Counted from the first letter of the stretch, positions 39,935-53,871 are shown. The stretch is DNA of 64,000 nucleotides from Piromyces finnis finn (GCA_002104945.1 MCFH01000061.1:250759-314758), one strand, 5' to 3'. Numbers and translations are program-made. The notes: generated by a model not told the origin, from the sequence alone.

Positions 39935-40045
39935 AATAAATAAATATCTATTTTAATGAATGAATAAAAAATAATAAAATAAATAAATAACTATTTAAAT
40001 GAATGAATAAAAAATAATAAAATAAATAAATATCTATTTTAATGA
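39935..40045. repeat. Imperfect ~40-bp tandem repeat, 2.5-3 copies
   Basis: AAATAAATAAATATCTATTTTAATGAATGAATAAAAAATAATA recurs. Confidence 0.6.
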
Positions 40046-42306
40046 AAGAAGAAGAAAGAAAAAGGAAAAATCTTTAAAATTTTTCTTTTATTAAATTTTT
40101 TATTTAAATAAACATTTCTTTTTTTGAATGTTACCTGTCACAGTACAAAATAAAAGGTTAATAGAATGAAAATGTAAAGTATTTTTTTTTTTTTTGACTT
40201 TAAAATAATTTTATTCATAAAAAAGGTTTAAGTATTTTATTAGCGATGCAATATTCAAAAGGAATTGTATATATTATTTTAGGTTTTTTTTTTTTTTTTT
40301 TCATCTAAATTATATTTATAATTCATCTATTAAATTCTTTTTTTAAAAAAAAAATTAAAGTATATATATATATATACAAATTATAATATAAAAAAAACAG
40401 CATAATAAAAAAAATAGTAAATTATAAAACAAAGCTAGATAATATTATTAATGGATAAAATATATTATTACAGAACGATGTATATATATAGATATAATTT
40501 TTAAATATCAAAATTAAAAAATATAAAAAGATTTTATAATTATATAATAATTTTCATTTCCAAAATACTAATTATTAAAAGGTACTTGTTAATATTGAAG
40601 AAAATTATGTATAAAATATAAATGCTTGATTTGGCCTTTTATGTTAATAATATATATTAATAACAATGTTCAATGTGTATATTTTTGGTATTTTCATTTT
40701 TATAATTATTAAAAGGTAAAAAAAAAAAAACAAAATATTATTATTCTATAAAAACAACAATTTATGAAAATATATAATAAAAAAAAAAGTTTTTAAAAAT
40801 TATCATACTTTTTAATGAATTTATTTCTATGAATAAAATATGAGTTTTCTATTACTTGTGATTAGGTTATCAGTTTAATTCTTTTTTTTTTTTTTCAAAA
40901 AGACTGTATCCTGTGATATTTATCACATGCCTATACATAAAAATAATGTATATTTCAAATAAATAATCAAACTACATTTTTCTATTCCAATAATATTTAT
41001 TATATTTATTTATTATAATATTAATATATTCATTTATATTAAATATTATATTGGAGGTATTTCCGTGTAACATTCTTTAACCAATAAAAATATACTATTT
41101 TTTATGTTATGCCATTCTTTTTAATATTCCATCAGTGGCTGTCAAAAAAAAATTAATTTATTATTAATATATGTATTAATATATTTAATTAGTTATTACA
41201 ATATAAACTAATATAAAATAAATAATTGACATTCAATGATTTTATATTAAAAATTATCCAATACTTTTATTTAATTAATAAATTAAATGCCTTTTTAATC
41301 ATGTTACACAATAACTTTATTAAATAATGATATTTGAAAGGTTGTACAATAATTAAATAAATTTTGATGTCACCTATTTTATTTATTTTAATATATCATT
41401 ATAATATATTAGAATATATTTTATTATAAATATTATTAAAATTTAATATAAATATTGATGGAGTATAAATAAATAAACAAAAAGTGTTTGTATAGTAAAT
41501 GTAAGAGTAAATGTAGATGTAATAGTAGTCATAATAGATGGTTATAATAGTTGTAATAGACGTAGTGGTAATAATAATAGATGGTTATAATAGTTGTAAT
41601 AGATGGTTATAATAGGTAATAATAACATAATAGGTCATAGTCGTCGTAGTCATAATAAATATATTGTAAATATTATAAATCGTATGTACAATATTGATAC
41701 ATTATTGGTTTAACGTATACATTTTAAATGAATTTATTTTCCATAATTTTATATTAAATTTTGTAAATAAAATAAATTACTATTATTACTCTTACTATTT
41801 TTATTATTAATAATAAACATCTTTAATGTTTATAATAATTAACTATTACCTATTATTTATTATTATTAATACATCTTTTCCTTTTCATCTTTTATTATTA
41901 TTGATAATTACCTATTATGAATACATCTATTACATTATGATAAAGTCAATTACATCTATTACAACCATCTTTTTATTATTCAAAAAAAAAAAAAAAAAAT
42001 GGCTAAAATTTTTTAAAATTTTTTTTATTTTTAAATTTTTATTATAAAATAAAGTTTGAATTCATTTTTTAAAAATTTCTTTTTTTCATATAGAAAGTCA
42101 ACTTTTTTTTCATTTTTAGTTTTTGTTATTTTTTTTAAAAAAAAAAAAAAAAGTTTATATTTGAAAAAAAAGGAAAATTTTAATATTCAATTCTTATTTT
42201 ATTTTTATTTTTTTTTGGCTACCTTTTAAATTAACAACAACAACAACAACAATCCTGCAACCAACATATTAAGGAATTAGAGAAAAGTTCACTCAACTAT
42301 ATTATC

Positions 42307-44211
42307 ATGCCATCTATGAAAAAAAATTTATATTGGTTAGCTTCTGCTTTCTTATTAAGCAGAAATGTTATTGCTAGTGATTGTTCCTATGTTGAAAGAG
42401 CTATAAATTATTTTGGGGATGAATTCAATAAAAATTACAATGTTACTGACTGTTGTCAATTTAATGGTGTGAGATGTGACGAAAATAAAAATGTTACTGG
42501 ACTGTAAACTATCAATAAATTTAAATATAATATATATATATAAAAATAAAAACACTTTTTATATAAAAAGTGTTGTATAAAAGAATTAAAAATAATAACG
42601 ATATTAAGAAAGGGAAAAAATTACTTATTTTTATTTTATATTATTATTTATATATATTAATATCCAATATTAATAATTATCATAGTAAATTAGTCCATAT
42701 TAAGGATGACACTGCTAATCCAGCTAAAATTTTTGAAAAAATTGGAAACTTGAAAGAATTAACTTATTTGTAAGTTTTTTTTTTTTTTTTTTTTAACATA
42801 ACACGAAATAAAATTATTATATTATTATAGTACAGATTATAAATTATTATAAAAGTATTAAGAAAGGTAGAATTTAATATAATAGTATAGAAGTATTATG
42901 AAAGTAGAGATTAATATAGTAAAAGTTATTATAGATTATTATAATAAATTATTATAGTAGTCAAAAACAAAAAAAAAAAAGTTATGATGATTGAGGAGGA
43001 GGAGAAAGAATGAATAATTAAATGATATAAATTATAAAAAATTTTTTTAAATATATTATATAGTAGTACAATTTCTTATTTATGTTTTTTTTTTCCTTTA
43101 TTTATTTAATAAAATAATCAGAGATTTATCCAATAATAATCTAAGTATTGATTTTCCAAAAGAAATTTGTGATTTAACCAAATTAACAAACTTAAATTTA
43201 AGTAATAACCGTTTATCCGGTGCTATTCCATACGATTGTAAAAATTTACAAAATCTTCAACAATTAAATTTAGCTGGTAATAAGGATTTAAATGGTTATG
43301 TTCCAATTTTAAGTAATCTTAAGGGTTGTGTCTATGAAAATACTAGTTTATGCTATCTTCCAAACGCAAATTGTAGAAATTCTAAAATGGCTTGTAATGC
43401 CGAACAAGTCAAAGCTACAAATGCTAATAATGGTTATCCTGATCCAGAAAGTTATCAATACGAAGGTATGGAAAAAAGTAGAGATATGAATGTTTATAAT
43501 GATGCTCAATACTACAATAGTTATGATACAAGTGCCTACGCTAACTACGATCCAAATTCATATGCCTATGATAATAGTTACGGTTATGATAATGGCTATG
43601 GTTACGGTTATGGCTATGACACCAGTTATTATAATAATGGATACAATTACGGTTATGATAATGGTTATTATGGTTCTAGTGGTTATGGTACTGGTGTTGG
43701 TTATGATTCTTATGATTATAGTGGTTACGGCTATGGTTCCGGTTCTGGTTACTCTAACTATTCTGGAGATGATTCTAGTATATTTACTTCACTTATAAGT
43801 ATCATTTTATATTGTGTCTTCTTTGTTATTGCTGTTATTGTTTGTTGTGCTTGCTGTTGTTGTGGTGTTTGTTCCTCTGGTAGTACCAATGAACCATCAT
43901 CTCAATCCAATAAACCTCACAAATATCCTACTATGACAACCACTGCTCCTCAAAAACCAGCTCAACATAAAATTGATATGGAACAAGATATCACTAATCA
44001 TACCATTCCATCTTACACTATGCCCAAACCAAATACTTATCCTCAATCAAACACTTATCCACAATCTAATATTTACCCACAACCACCAGCAGCTCCAGGT
44101 TATGGTTATGGAGGTGGATATGGTTATAATCGTGGTGTTGATGATGATGCTGAAAATGCCATAAGAGCTGTTGAAACTGTTGAAGCTAATATTAAAAAAA
44201 CAGAAGAATAA
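42307..44211 (+). CDS. Single-pass LRR receptor-like membrane protein with plant-type LRRs, Tyr/Gly-rich stalk and Cys-string after the TM helix (3 exons)
   Basis: Exon 1 42307-42503 (signal; cap DCCQFNGVRCDENKNVTGL), exon 2 42686-42769 (KLVHI...IGNLKELTYL), exon 3 43122-44211 (DLSNNNLSIDFPKEICDLTKLTNLNLSNNRLSGAIP...; in frame with ORF 43387). TM IFTSLISIILYCVFFVIAVIV, then CCACCCCGVC; Pro/Gln-rich tail. Confidence 0.85.
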
Positions 44212-44771
44212 TTCAATAATTACTCTTTTTTTTATTATTATTATTTGAAAAAAAAAACCAAGCTATTGATTTATATTACAAATATTTTAAAACTATATAT
44301 ATATATTAAATAATTGATGTTTTTTTTTTTTTTTTTTTACTGGATATAATATAAATATTAAAAAAAAAAAAAAGCACTACTATTATTAATCTTTTACACA
44401 TTTTTATTTATATACAATTATTATAAACGCATCATTAACCTAAAATATTTTATAAAATTTTCGTTTTTTATTAATGTATAAAATCTTTTTTATAAAAAAA
44501 AACGTTTAAAAATCAATAAAAAAAAATATATAAAAAAAAAAGTTTAAAAAAAAAAATAAAAGAATTTTTATTTATTATTATTATTGTTGTTGTTGTTGTT
44601 GTTGTTGTTGTGATTCCTTATCTAGTAAAAAAAAAAAAAAGAGAAAGAAAAAAATTAAAAAATAGGAATTTTAATTAAAGGTGATACTCAATATTTTAAA
44701 AATATTGAATAATCGATAGGTTATTGGAAAGCTAAAGTATTTTAATAAATAAATAGGAAAAATCAAAATTA

Positions 44772-44835
<64 letters not shown>

Positions 44836-45354
44836 ATTTTATAGAAAATAAAATAAAAAATATAAAATAAAAAAAATAAAAAAATTTTTTTTTTTTTATA
44901 AAATACTTTTTGAATAAAATATATAAAAGAAATGAAATGAAAAAAATATAATATTTTTATTATTCTTTTTTTTTTTCTTTAAAAGATAAACTTTTTTGAA
45001 TATAAAAAAATATTTTTTATATTCTGAAAAGTTTTATTATTTTCTCCTTTTATTTTTTTTTTTTTACAGGCACGTTTTTAATTTTTTTAAAAAAGATAAA
45101 AATTAAAAAAAAAATTAAAATTTAAAATTTGGTGGTGATTTAATTTGAACCACAAAAAATTAAAAAAAAATTAAAATTAAAATTTTAAAAAATAAAAATT
45201 AAAATATTTTAATTTAATTTAAAACCAATAAAATTTTTGAAATTTTAAATTTTAATTCTTATTAAAAAAAAAAAAAATAAAAAAAAAAAAGGTTCATTTT
45301 ACAAAAAAAAATCTTTTTTTATTTAAAAAAAATATATATGTAAAATTGAAAAAA

Positions 45355-48111
45355 ATGCTATTAAGAAGGTTTATTATTCTATTATGTTGTTGTTTTGGTA
45401 TATATTATTATTATTATTTAAAATCATATATTTATATAATTAAATAAAATAAAAATTGGAATGATAATGATAATATCTTTAAAATAAAAAAAGTTATTTA
45501 GAGAAAATATTTAGATGAAAAAAAAAAAAGTTTTGTTATCATTTCAATAAATATTTTTTTTATTATTTATTTATAATATTTTAATTATTTTTTTTCTTTT
45601 CAATTTGTTTTAATATTTGAAAAAACAAACAAACTAAAACTAAAACTAAATTATGATTTATTATTATGTTACATAGTGTACCATGTTTTTGCCGTGTCTA
45701 CTTTTATTGATCAGGGGAAAAGAGCAGAATTATTTGAAATAACAGAATATACCATGCCAAATTTAAAAATATATATGCCTGATGAAGAATTTATTAAATT
45801 TAAAAATGCATTTGTTCATGAACACCACAATAAATTTTCAGTTGTTATGGAGAGTATGAAATCTTTTATTAAAAGTTACTTTATTCATTTTAAAACTATA
45901 AATTTCAAAGATTTTTTCCCTTATGACCATTTTGAAGAAATACTTCCTGAATTAAAAATTGGAGAAGATGGTTTCCCTGGCTATGCCATTGAAGACGTAC
46001 TCAATGGATTTGATTTTAACCCAGAACACTATAATATCAATTTAAATGAGGAGGAGGTCGCCCAATACGTTATGGAAAGTAATCCATATTATAATATCAA
46101 TCGTATTGTTGAAGTCGTTTTTTCATTAGAATTAGCCAGTCATCATAATCTAGAAGAATTGTACTATTTAATGTTTCCGATAACGGATGAAGAAGAGGAA
46201 GAGGAAGAGGAAGATTCTATTGCTATTGAATCCCCTACTACTGAAACCTCAGAACTTTTCAAAACAAAAAAGGCTAAAATGATTTTTGAACTCAATGGGT
46301 AATGAAATTTATCCTCTTATTCCATTTTTTTTTTAAATATTTTATATATTTTTTATTTATTTATTTAAATTTATATATAACTTATTTGATCTATATATAA
46401 ATAACTGATTTATACTATTCAATTACTTTAATAGTAATAATTAAACAATACTAATACTAATACCAATAATAATAATATATATATAATGTTAACATCAATT
46501 TTTTATATATTTTCTTTCTATACATACAATATGTATTATATATATATATTTATTTCTAATATCTATATATTATCTATCTATATATCATGTATTGTATTAT
46601 ATATATATCTAAATATACCTTTCCTTTTTGATAGAGAGCAAAATTTATTTGATAAAATAACATTCAAGATCGGTGGTAATTACTCTCGATCCTTCCAAAA
46701 ACCAGGTTATAATTTAAAAATTAGGGGTGAAAAAGATCTTTATGGACGTAGTCAATTTAAACTTCGTGCAGATAGTAATGATCCAACCATGATGAGAACA
46801 AAACTAATTTCAGATATTCATAATCGTTTAGGTTTACCATCCGTTTCTTCTACCTATGTTCAACTTTACATTAATGATGAATTTATGGGATTGTACACCT
46901 TCAATGATGCCTATAAGGTATCATGGATTGAAAAAGTCTATGGGGAAAAGGAAGCTAAAAACTTGTATAAATGTGATACTATGGAAGATCTTCTACCAAA
47001 ATATTTTGATGGATGTACCAATGAAAATGAAGAAGAAAGAAACAACACGTCAGAATGGATAGAATTCTTAACTGCTGTTGAACATGCTACATCTGCCGCA
47101 GATCTTGAGGCTATTTTTGAAATTGATCATTTTCTATATGAAATGGCCATTGATTATTTAACCGGCGCCTATGACCATATTCAAAATCGTCATAATTATT
47201 ATATGTATAAACAACCCAATGGTAAATGGATTTATTTATCTCATGATTTTGACCATGATTTTGGACAAATGAGCTATTTTTTTAATGCCCCAGTAACCAC
47301 AACCCTTAGAAAAATTAATCTTTTGAAAATACTCATTTTTAGGGATACCACTCGATTTGAAGAAATTTTAAGTGATGTGGTGCAACGGGTATTTCATCCG
47401 GCCATCCTTTTCCCATACATTGATGGAATAAAGACGTATATTAAACCTTTTGTAATAAAAGATAAAACACCAGATGCCAAGGGTTATTATCCTGGTCATC
47501 TTAATACGGATGGTATCGATAAAAATTTTACCTTGGAACAATGGGATGCCTATTCCGAATTTACAAATGGTTATTCCGACACAGAATCCTATGGATTAAA
47601 ATATTGGATTCTTATGCGGTATCGATTCGTTTGTGATTACTACCAACTAGAATGTGATGCAACCTACCTAGACGAAAATTATAAATTCCCAGTGGTTACG
47701 GAACTTGATGTGGATTATAATGAATTGATTTTACTTGATAAACCTCTGGATGATGAAGAACCCTTGACCTACTATTCATCTGAAATTCCAACAAAAACAT
47801 TTTTTGAAATAGTACCTGAAACCCAAACTCAAACCATTGATACTATTACTACTACTACTACTACCGTTGAATCAACCCCAACAAAAATAATAGTAGATCT
47901 TTTGGATGATGATATTACTACTACTACTGTTGAATCAACTCCAACAGAAATAATAGTAGATCTTTTGGATGATGCCGTTACCAAAATTGAAGAGAACGAC
48001 GAAAGTAATACGGAAGAAGAAGAGGAAGAAGATCATGCCACTAGTACAATAAATGAAATAAAAACAATTACAAAAACCATTGTCATGATTCAAAGTACGA
48101 TTTTAAATTAA
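45355..48111 (+). CDS. cotH: CotH-family secreted kinase, no dockerin (3 exons); paralog of 19234-21753
   Basis: Exon 1 45355-45397 (MLLRRFIILLCCCF), exon 2 45677-46298, exon 3 46635-48111; same intron positions and phases as the paralog. Motifs KIGGNYSR, KPGYNLK, QFKLRAD, HNYYMY, HDFDHDFG. Confidence 0.88.
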
Positions 48112-49175
48112 ATTTAAAATAAATAATAATTATCTCTTATAATGATTATTTATTTTATATTATATTTTTATATATATATTTATTTTTTTTTCAATATATA
48201 TAAAAATATAATATAAAATATAGATTTAAAATTATTCTGTACCCATTTTTATATATTTAAGTATTATTATATTAAGTTTAGATGAAATTATAAAAGTGCC
48301 AAAAAAAAAAAAAAGGTACATCAATTTATAAAATAAAATAGAAATTAAGTATAAAAAAAAATAAATGTATAATATAAAAAAAAAAAAAAGTATCTTTTTT
48401 TCTTTTGATTGTTTATTTATTTGTAATAGATAAATCTACTAAAGATTATAAATATTAAAATATATATATATTTACTATTGAATTAAATATTTAATAATAA
48501 AGATTATTAAAGAAAAAAAAAATATTATTTTTTTTGTTTTTAACAAAGTTTAAAAAAAAAAAAAGGACAAGTTTAATATAAAGTAGTAAAATTAATCATA
48601 GTATTAAAAAAAGGCATTTATTATTATTTAAATAATTATTGATGTAATATTAATAGATTTTTTTTTTTTTTTTAATCTTTTTAATTCATATTACTTTACC
48701 ATTATAAATTTTTTTTTTTCAAATAGATTAAAAAATTAAAAAAAAAAAAAAAAAATCCATTTAAAAGTTCGATAAATATCTCTGTTAGATTTTTTTTTTA
48801 TTTTAAATAATGAAATGGAGTTAAAATTTTTATTTCATCCTAATACATTTTCTCTCCCTTTTTTTTTTTTTAATTATATATCCATACTTTTACTTATACC
48901 TATATTAATAATAATAATCATTGCATATCCATTTTTAAAGATTTTTTATTAGAAAAAAAAATTTTTTTTGAACTACTCCTTTTACCTTTTAAAAAAAAAA
49001 AATTGGTATTTTTTTTTTTTTCTTTATCAAGAAGGTATTAATGGTCATAAATTATTTAAAAATATTTTTTATTTCAAAAATGACTCATACTATGTATTTT
49101 CGTACATATAGATATACGCTAAACTTCAAAGGAATGGAAGTTATCTACATAGAATTTAATTTCATTGTCAGTAAG

Positions 49176-49247
49176 AGGGGCGTTCCGGATTTGAACCGAA
49201 GACCTATTGATCTGCAGTCAATTGCTCTACCGCTGAGCTAACACCCC
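49176..49247 (-). tRNA. trnC-GCA: tRNA-Cys (GCA), intronless
   Basis: Reverse complement GGGGTGTTAGCTCAGCGGTAGAGCAATTGACTGCAGATCAATAGGTCTTCGGTTCAAATCCGGAACGCCCCT: 7-bp acceptor stem, anticodon stem ATTGA/TCAAT around CTGCAGA, T-loop GTTCAAATC, U discriminator. Confidence 0.97.
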
Positions 49248-49273
49248 AATTTACATTTTTTTTGTTAAGGAAT

Positions 49274-49332
49274 GAATATAAATAGTTGAATTAGCTAGAA
49301 TTTTAGGAATTAACCTTCAACTATTTATATTC
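49274..49332. repeat. 17-bp perfect inverted repeat with 25-bp spacer in the tRNA 5' flank
   Basis: GAATATAAATAGTTGAA (49274-49290) / TTCAACTATTTATATTC (49316-49332). Confidence 0.8.
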
Positions 49333-49870
49333 CTTACTAGTGTTTAACTCTATTTTTAAAATATAAAAATTATAATATATAATTTTTATACATTTTTCTA
49401 GTAATTATTCATATTTTTATTATATAGTTATATTATTTGTATATAGTTATTTAAGACCTTTATTATTAGTATTAGTATAATTACTTATAATATTTTATAC
49501 TTATAAATTTTACAAAATTTTATTATTAAAATAGTTATAGGAATTTTATTATTATTTAAGGTTTATTTTATTAATTAACTTTATTGTATAATATTTTATA
49601 ATTTGAAATTATGACATAGAATTTAATTATAATTTTTACTAAAAGAGGCAACTGTTACACACAAAACAGAAGATACCTCGACAGAAAAATTATTATTTAT
49701 GTCTAAAAAAGGGCATAATTAATTGAATAATATAATTTTATTATATGTCATAATTAAATATATAATATATGATATGCAAAAATGTTACACATATCATAAA
49801 TTAAAATTTTATTAATTATAAATTAAAAATTTTTCTATTCAAATATTAAGAGATTATTCATAATATATAT

Positions 49871-50600
49871 TAAGGATTTAATTAATATATGTTACAGTGA
49901 ATGATCCATATATTATGAATGAAATCAATTTAAATCCTTAGCTATCCAAAACCATTAAATTTCAAATAATGGATAGTTGGAAAAAGTACGAGGATTTTTG
50001 AGAAAATTTTTAAAAATTGAAAAATCAAAAAATAAATTAAATGAATAAAAATTAAAATTAAATAAATTTTTATTTTTATAACTATTCAAGTGTTTTGTGA
50101 TATCTTATTTGAACCGTAGCATTTTTGAAGATAATAAAATATATTAATATAAGCTTACTATAAAGCCTGATTTTTTTGTCACGAATACTAGTGAAATCTA
50201 CAATTTCAAGATCAGTTGAAATTGTGAAATCCCTTATGAAATTTTAAAATCAACAAATATTTTATTTTCAAATAAATTATAAAATTTTATTAAGAAATAT
50301 TTAAAAATTTAGAAAAGGTTAAAATATGACCTTAACCCTTAATAATTTTTATAATAAATAACTTTAACTCTTATCGTCATAATTGAATAAGGAAAAGTAC
50401 GCGTATCTCCTCAACGAATGACGATTTTTGAATAAAAATTTTTTTCACTGAAACCATGTTCGTTAGAAAGTCACGCTTGAGACAAACAACATATCTTAAA
50501 ATCATGTCAATATCTCTGCTGGTTCACGAGATATTCCAATTTAAAGATATTTTGTTAGCAATGATTAATTGTTTATTCAGAGAATGATCACCCCTGATAT
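49871..50600. mobile_element. Possible non-autonomous DNA-transposon remnant(s)
   Basis: Non-coding, more GC/CpG than the flanks, several short IRs (TAAGGATTTA/TAAATCCTTA; CTATCCA/TGGATAG; AATATCTC/GAGATATT) and adjacent AAAAGG-TTAA and TTAA-CCCTT motifs at 50313-50340. No transposase, and no matched terminal pair found. Confidence 0.3.
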
Positions 50601-50984
50601 ATCAAACATAAATCATTCACTCAAAGTATAAAAAATTATTGTTTAATTAAATTAAAATTATTTTCCGGAACTAATTAACTTTATTTTATAATAATTATTT
50701 CAATAACATAATTTATAATCTTTGAACTAGAGGATTATAATTATTAATATTATATTCAATGAATTATATTATAATTAAGAAATAATTAATATTATAAATA
50801 TATAAACAATAGTTATTTTTAATAATTAGTAGTAAGTCTTAAGTTTAGTTTAAGTATTATAAAATATATTATGAATATAATCATGTATTGAAAAGTTATT
50901 TTATTATTAAATGTAAAATTACAAATAGTTTAGAATAGTTTATGAAATTAAAATCTTTGTAAAGATTATTAACCATAAATTATT

Positions 50985-51070
50985 AAATTATTAACTAGAA
51001 ATTATTAACTAAAGATTATTAACTATAAATTATTAACTATAAATTATTAACTATAAATTATTAACTATTA
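50985..51070. repeat. 13-bp tandem repeat (ATTATTAACTATA-like), ~6-7 copies
   Basis: Directly visible. Confidence 0.85.
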
Positions 51071-53231
51071 ACAATAATTAATACTTAATGAGTATTACTA
51101 CTAAATAATCTTATTATTATATATTTTAGCAATATACTATTTAAATAAAATAAAAGAAATTATTTTAACCATAATATATAATTTTAATTATTCATTTATA
51201 TAAATCAATTAAGATTATTTTAATAAAACATTTTTTTTCTAACCTAGTTATCTTTTAACCTTTTATTTAATTTAATATTTTAATACTAAATTATAAGTTT
51301 AGTAAAACTTTTACATTTAAAATCATATAAACTTAATATTAAATTAAAATAGTAAATAATTAAAATAATATAAAATATAAATATTTAATTAAATTTTAAA
51401 AATATAAAATATAAATAACTTTTGTTTATAAACTAACTTAAATATAATTAAATAGTATAAATAGAAATAGAAAATATTATTTTAAAAACTGTTACTAATT
51501 AGCCAGGAAAATTAGAATATTTTAAAATTATAATAAATTAATATATATATTTTTTATAATACATAGCGAGATGTATTATATATTTATTTTAAATAAATAA
51601 ACTAATATTATAAAACAAGATGTTTTTAAAATTTTAAATTATATTCATTAATTATATAAAACTTGTAGAATGAGCAAGTAAAAATAAATCATTCAAATAC
51701 ACACAAATATACCACTTTCTAAGCCTATTTAGAATTAAGGTATATTTGAACTTGTGTCATTTATAAATAATTAAATTTATAAATTATAAATTAATAAAAT
51801 ATGATAATATAATTTTCTTTAAATATCGATAGTAATAAGTTGTTAAAAATAATATTAATAATTATTTAAATGAATCTTATTTTACTAATTGGTTTGTTTA
51901 ATATTAATTAATTGTTACACTCTATTTATCTCCGGATAATAAATAGCTTTTCAATTATATTAAATAAACTATTATTAGTAAAATATTATTAAATTAATAT
52001 TTTAATTAATTTAACTAATAATTCAAAATTATGAAATTTCATGAAATGTCAAATTTCATGAATTGTGATTTTGACACTTGTAAACACAGATTAAAAAGAA
52101 ACATAATAAATAATGATTATTTTTGAGAGAGATTATATATTAAATATTAAAATTATTATTATTTTACAATATTTTTTTTTAATTTTTTATTTATTTAATA
52201 CATTATATTATTCAAATACCTTTTTATTGCATTGTACACCTACTGTAAAAAAAAAAAAAAAAAAAAAAAGAAATAGAGAATCTAACAATTTTAAAACTAT
52301 TTTTTTTAGTTATTATTATACTTCTCTTTCTTTCTATATATATAAATTAATTTTTATTATCAATGAAAAAAAAAATAAATAGTAATAAATATTTTTTTAA
52401 AAAAAACAATAAATGTTGTTTTTATATATAGAGTCTTGTAAAGTTTATAAATATAATATTAAGCCTGATTTTCAAGTTCACATCTTTTCTTCATAAAAAA
52501 AAAACAAAAAAAACAAAAAAAAAAAAACAATTCAATTATATATATATATATTTTATTATCCAAGGCAAAACAAATTAGTATTGTTAAAAGCTTTCGTATA
52601 AAAATCTTATTTTATCAAAGGTTATTAAGGAATATTTTTTTTTTATCTTTTTTTAAAGTATTATTAATAAATAATTATATAGTTATTTTAAGCGATTTTA
52701 AGCAATAAATAAATCACGTAGTAATTCGTTTTCGTTTTCACTTTATTATCTTTTTAAAATAAAAAAAAAAAAGTTGTAAAAAGAATAATTATACCCGATT
52801 TATTCTATAAACCCTATTATTACAAAATTTGACAAGATTAATTTCATTTTTATATTTTTCACTTTTATAACAATAATTTTTATTTTTATTATATATAATT
52901 TTTTTTATCTTTCTTTTAACTATTATTTTGTACTTACAGGAAACCAAGTTTTTTTTTTTTTTGCAAAACAACATGTTAAAAGAAATAAAGAAATTAAAGA
53001 ATATTTTTTATTTCATTTTTTTTATTTTATTTTTTTTTATTTTTGCTTTTATTTTTATTTTGTTTTTACTTTTATTTCTTTTTATATTTTTCTATGATTA
53101 TAATTATTTAATTTTGTATTTATTATGTATGTATTTTTTTTCTTTCTTTTTTTTTTTTTTGGTTTTAGTTTATTTTCTTTTAATTTTTTTATTTTTTTAT
53201 TTTTTTTTTTTTTTTGAAAAAAAATCAGTAC

Positions 53232-53804
53232 TTAGAATAAAGCATAAAGTAAAGCGAATAAAGTAGTAGCTAAAATGCTATAGTTTAAAGTGGTAGCATC
53301 ACTACTTTTTGGAGATGGTTGCTTGGAAGTACATTGTTCAGATTTTAAGTAAGCCATAGAATAATAATCACTATCACCATGTGGGTTAGCATCCTTAATA
53401 TCAAATACTTCATTGAAAGTTTTATTCTTGTAAGCATCAAGACCTATAGTACCTAATTCTAATTCTAAGATTGTGTAGGAGGCGTCAGTACAAACCTTGG
53501 ACTTGCATGATTCATTAATAACATAATTGTATCTTTCATCATCTTTTACGGCATAAGTAATTGGACAGTATTTACCATCATCACCCTTTGTACATAATGC
53601 TGCAATATAATTACTTTGTATTTCACTTTCAAATTCAAATTTTTTTTTTCACTTTCAGATAGATTATCTTCACCAAGACATTCGTAAATCTTTGGTACAC
53701 TTTCTTCAAGGAATTTTTGACATTTATTAGTATTCATTGTATCACAAAATAAAGAAGCATCTTCTTCAATTCTAGGGATTTTTAATCCTGCACATTCTTT
53801 GTTT
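53232..53804 (-). pseudogene. 5'-truncated, frameshifted paralog of the GPI-type protein at 54995-55708
   Basis: Reads NKECAGLKIP...ESEKK/(frameshift in A10 run at ~53645)FEFESEIQSNYIAALCTKGDDGKYCP...SSDATTLNYSILATTLFALLYALF*. Homology stops at ~53804, where the signal-peptide region is replaced by AAT/ACT microsatellite. Confidence 0.8.
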
Positions 53805-53840
53805 AATAATAATAATTATAATAATAATAATAAATGAATA

Positions 53841-53871
<31 letters not shown>

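Noticed and set aside
41490-41660. Degenerate AATAGATGGTTATAATAGTTGT repeats, possibly a gag-like low-complexity remnant (similar texture at 26050-26230)
   Set aside because: No sustained ORF or recognisable domain in any frame.
52928-53266. Hydrophobic F/L-rich ORFs here and at 54673-55029
   Set aside because: Antisense reading of the duplicated T-rich 3' flank of the GPI-type genes.
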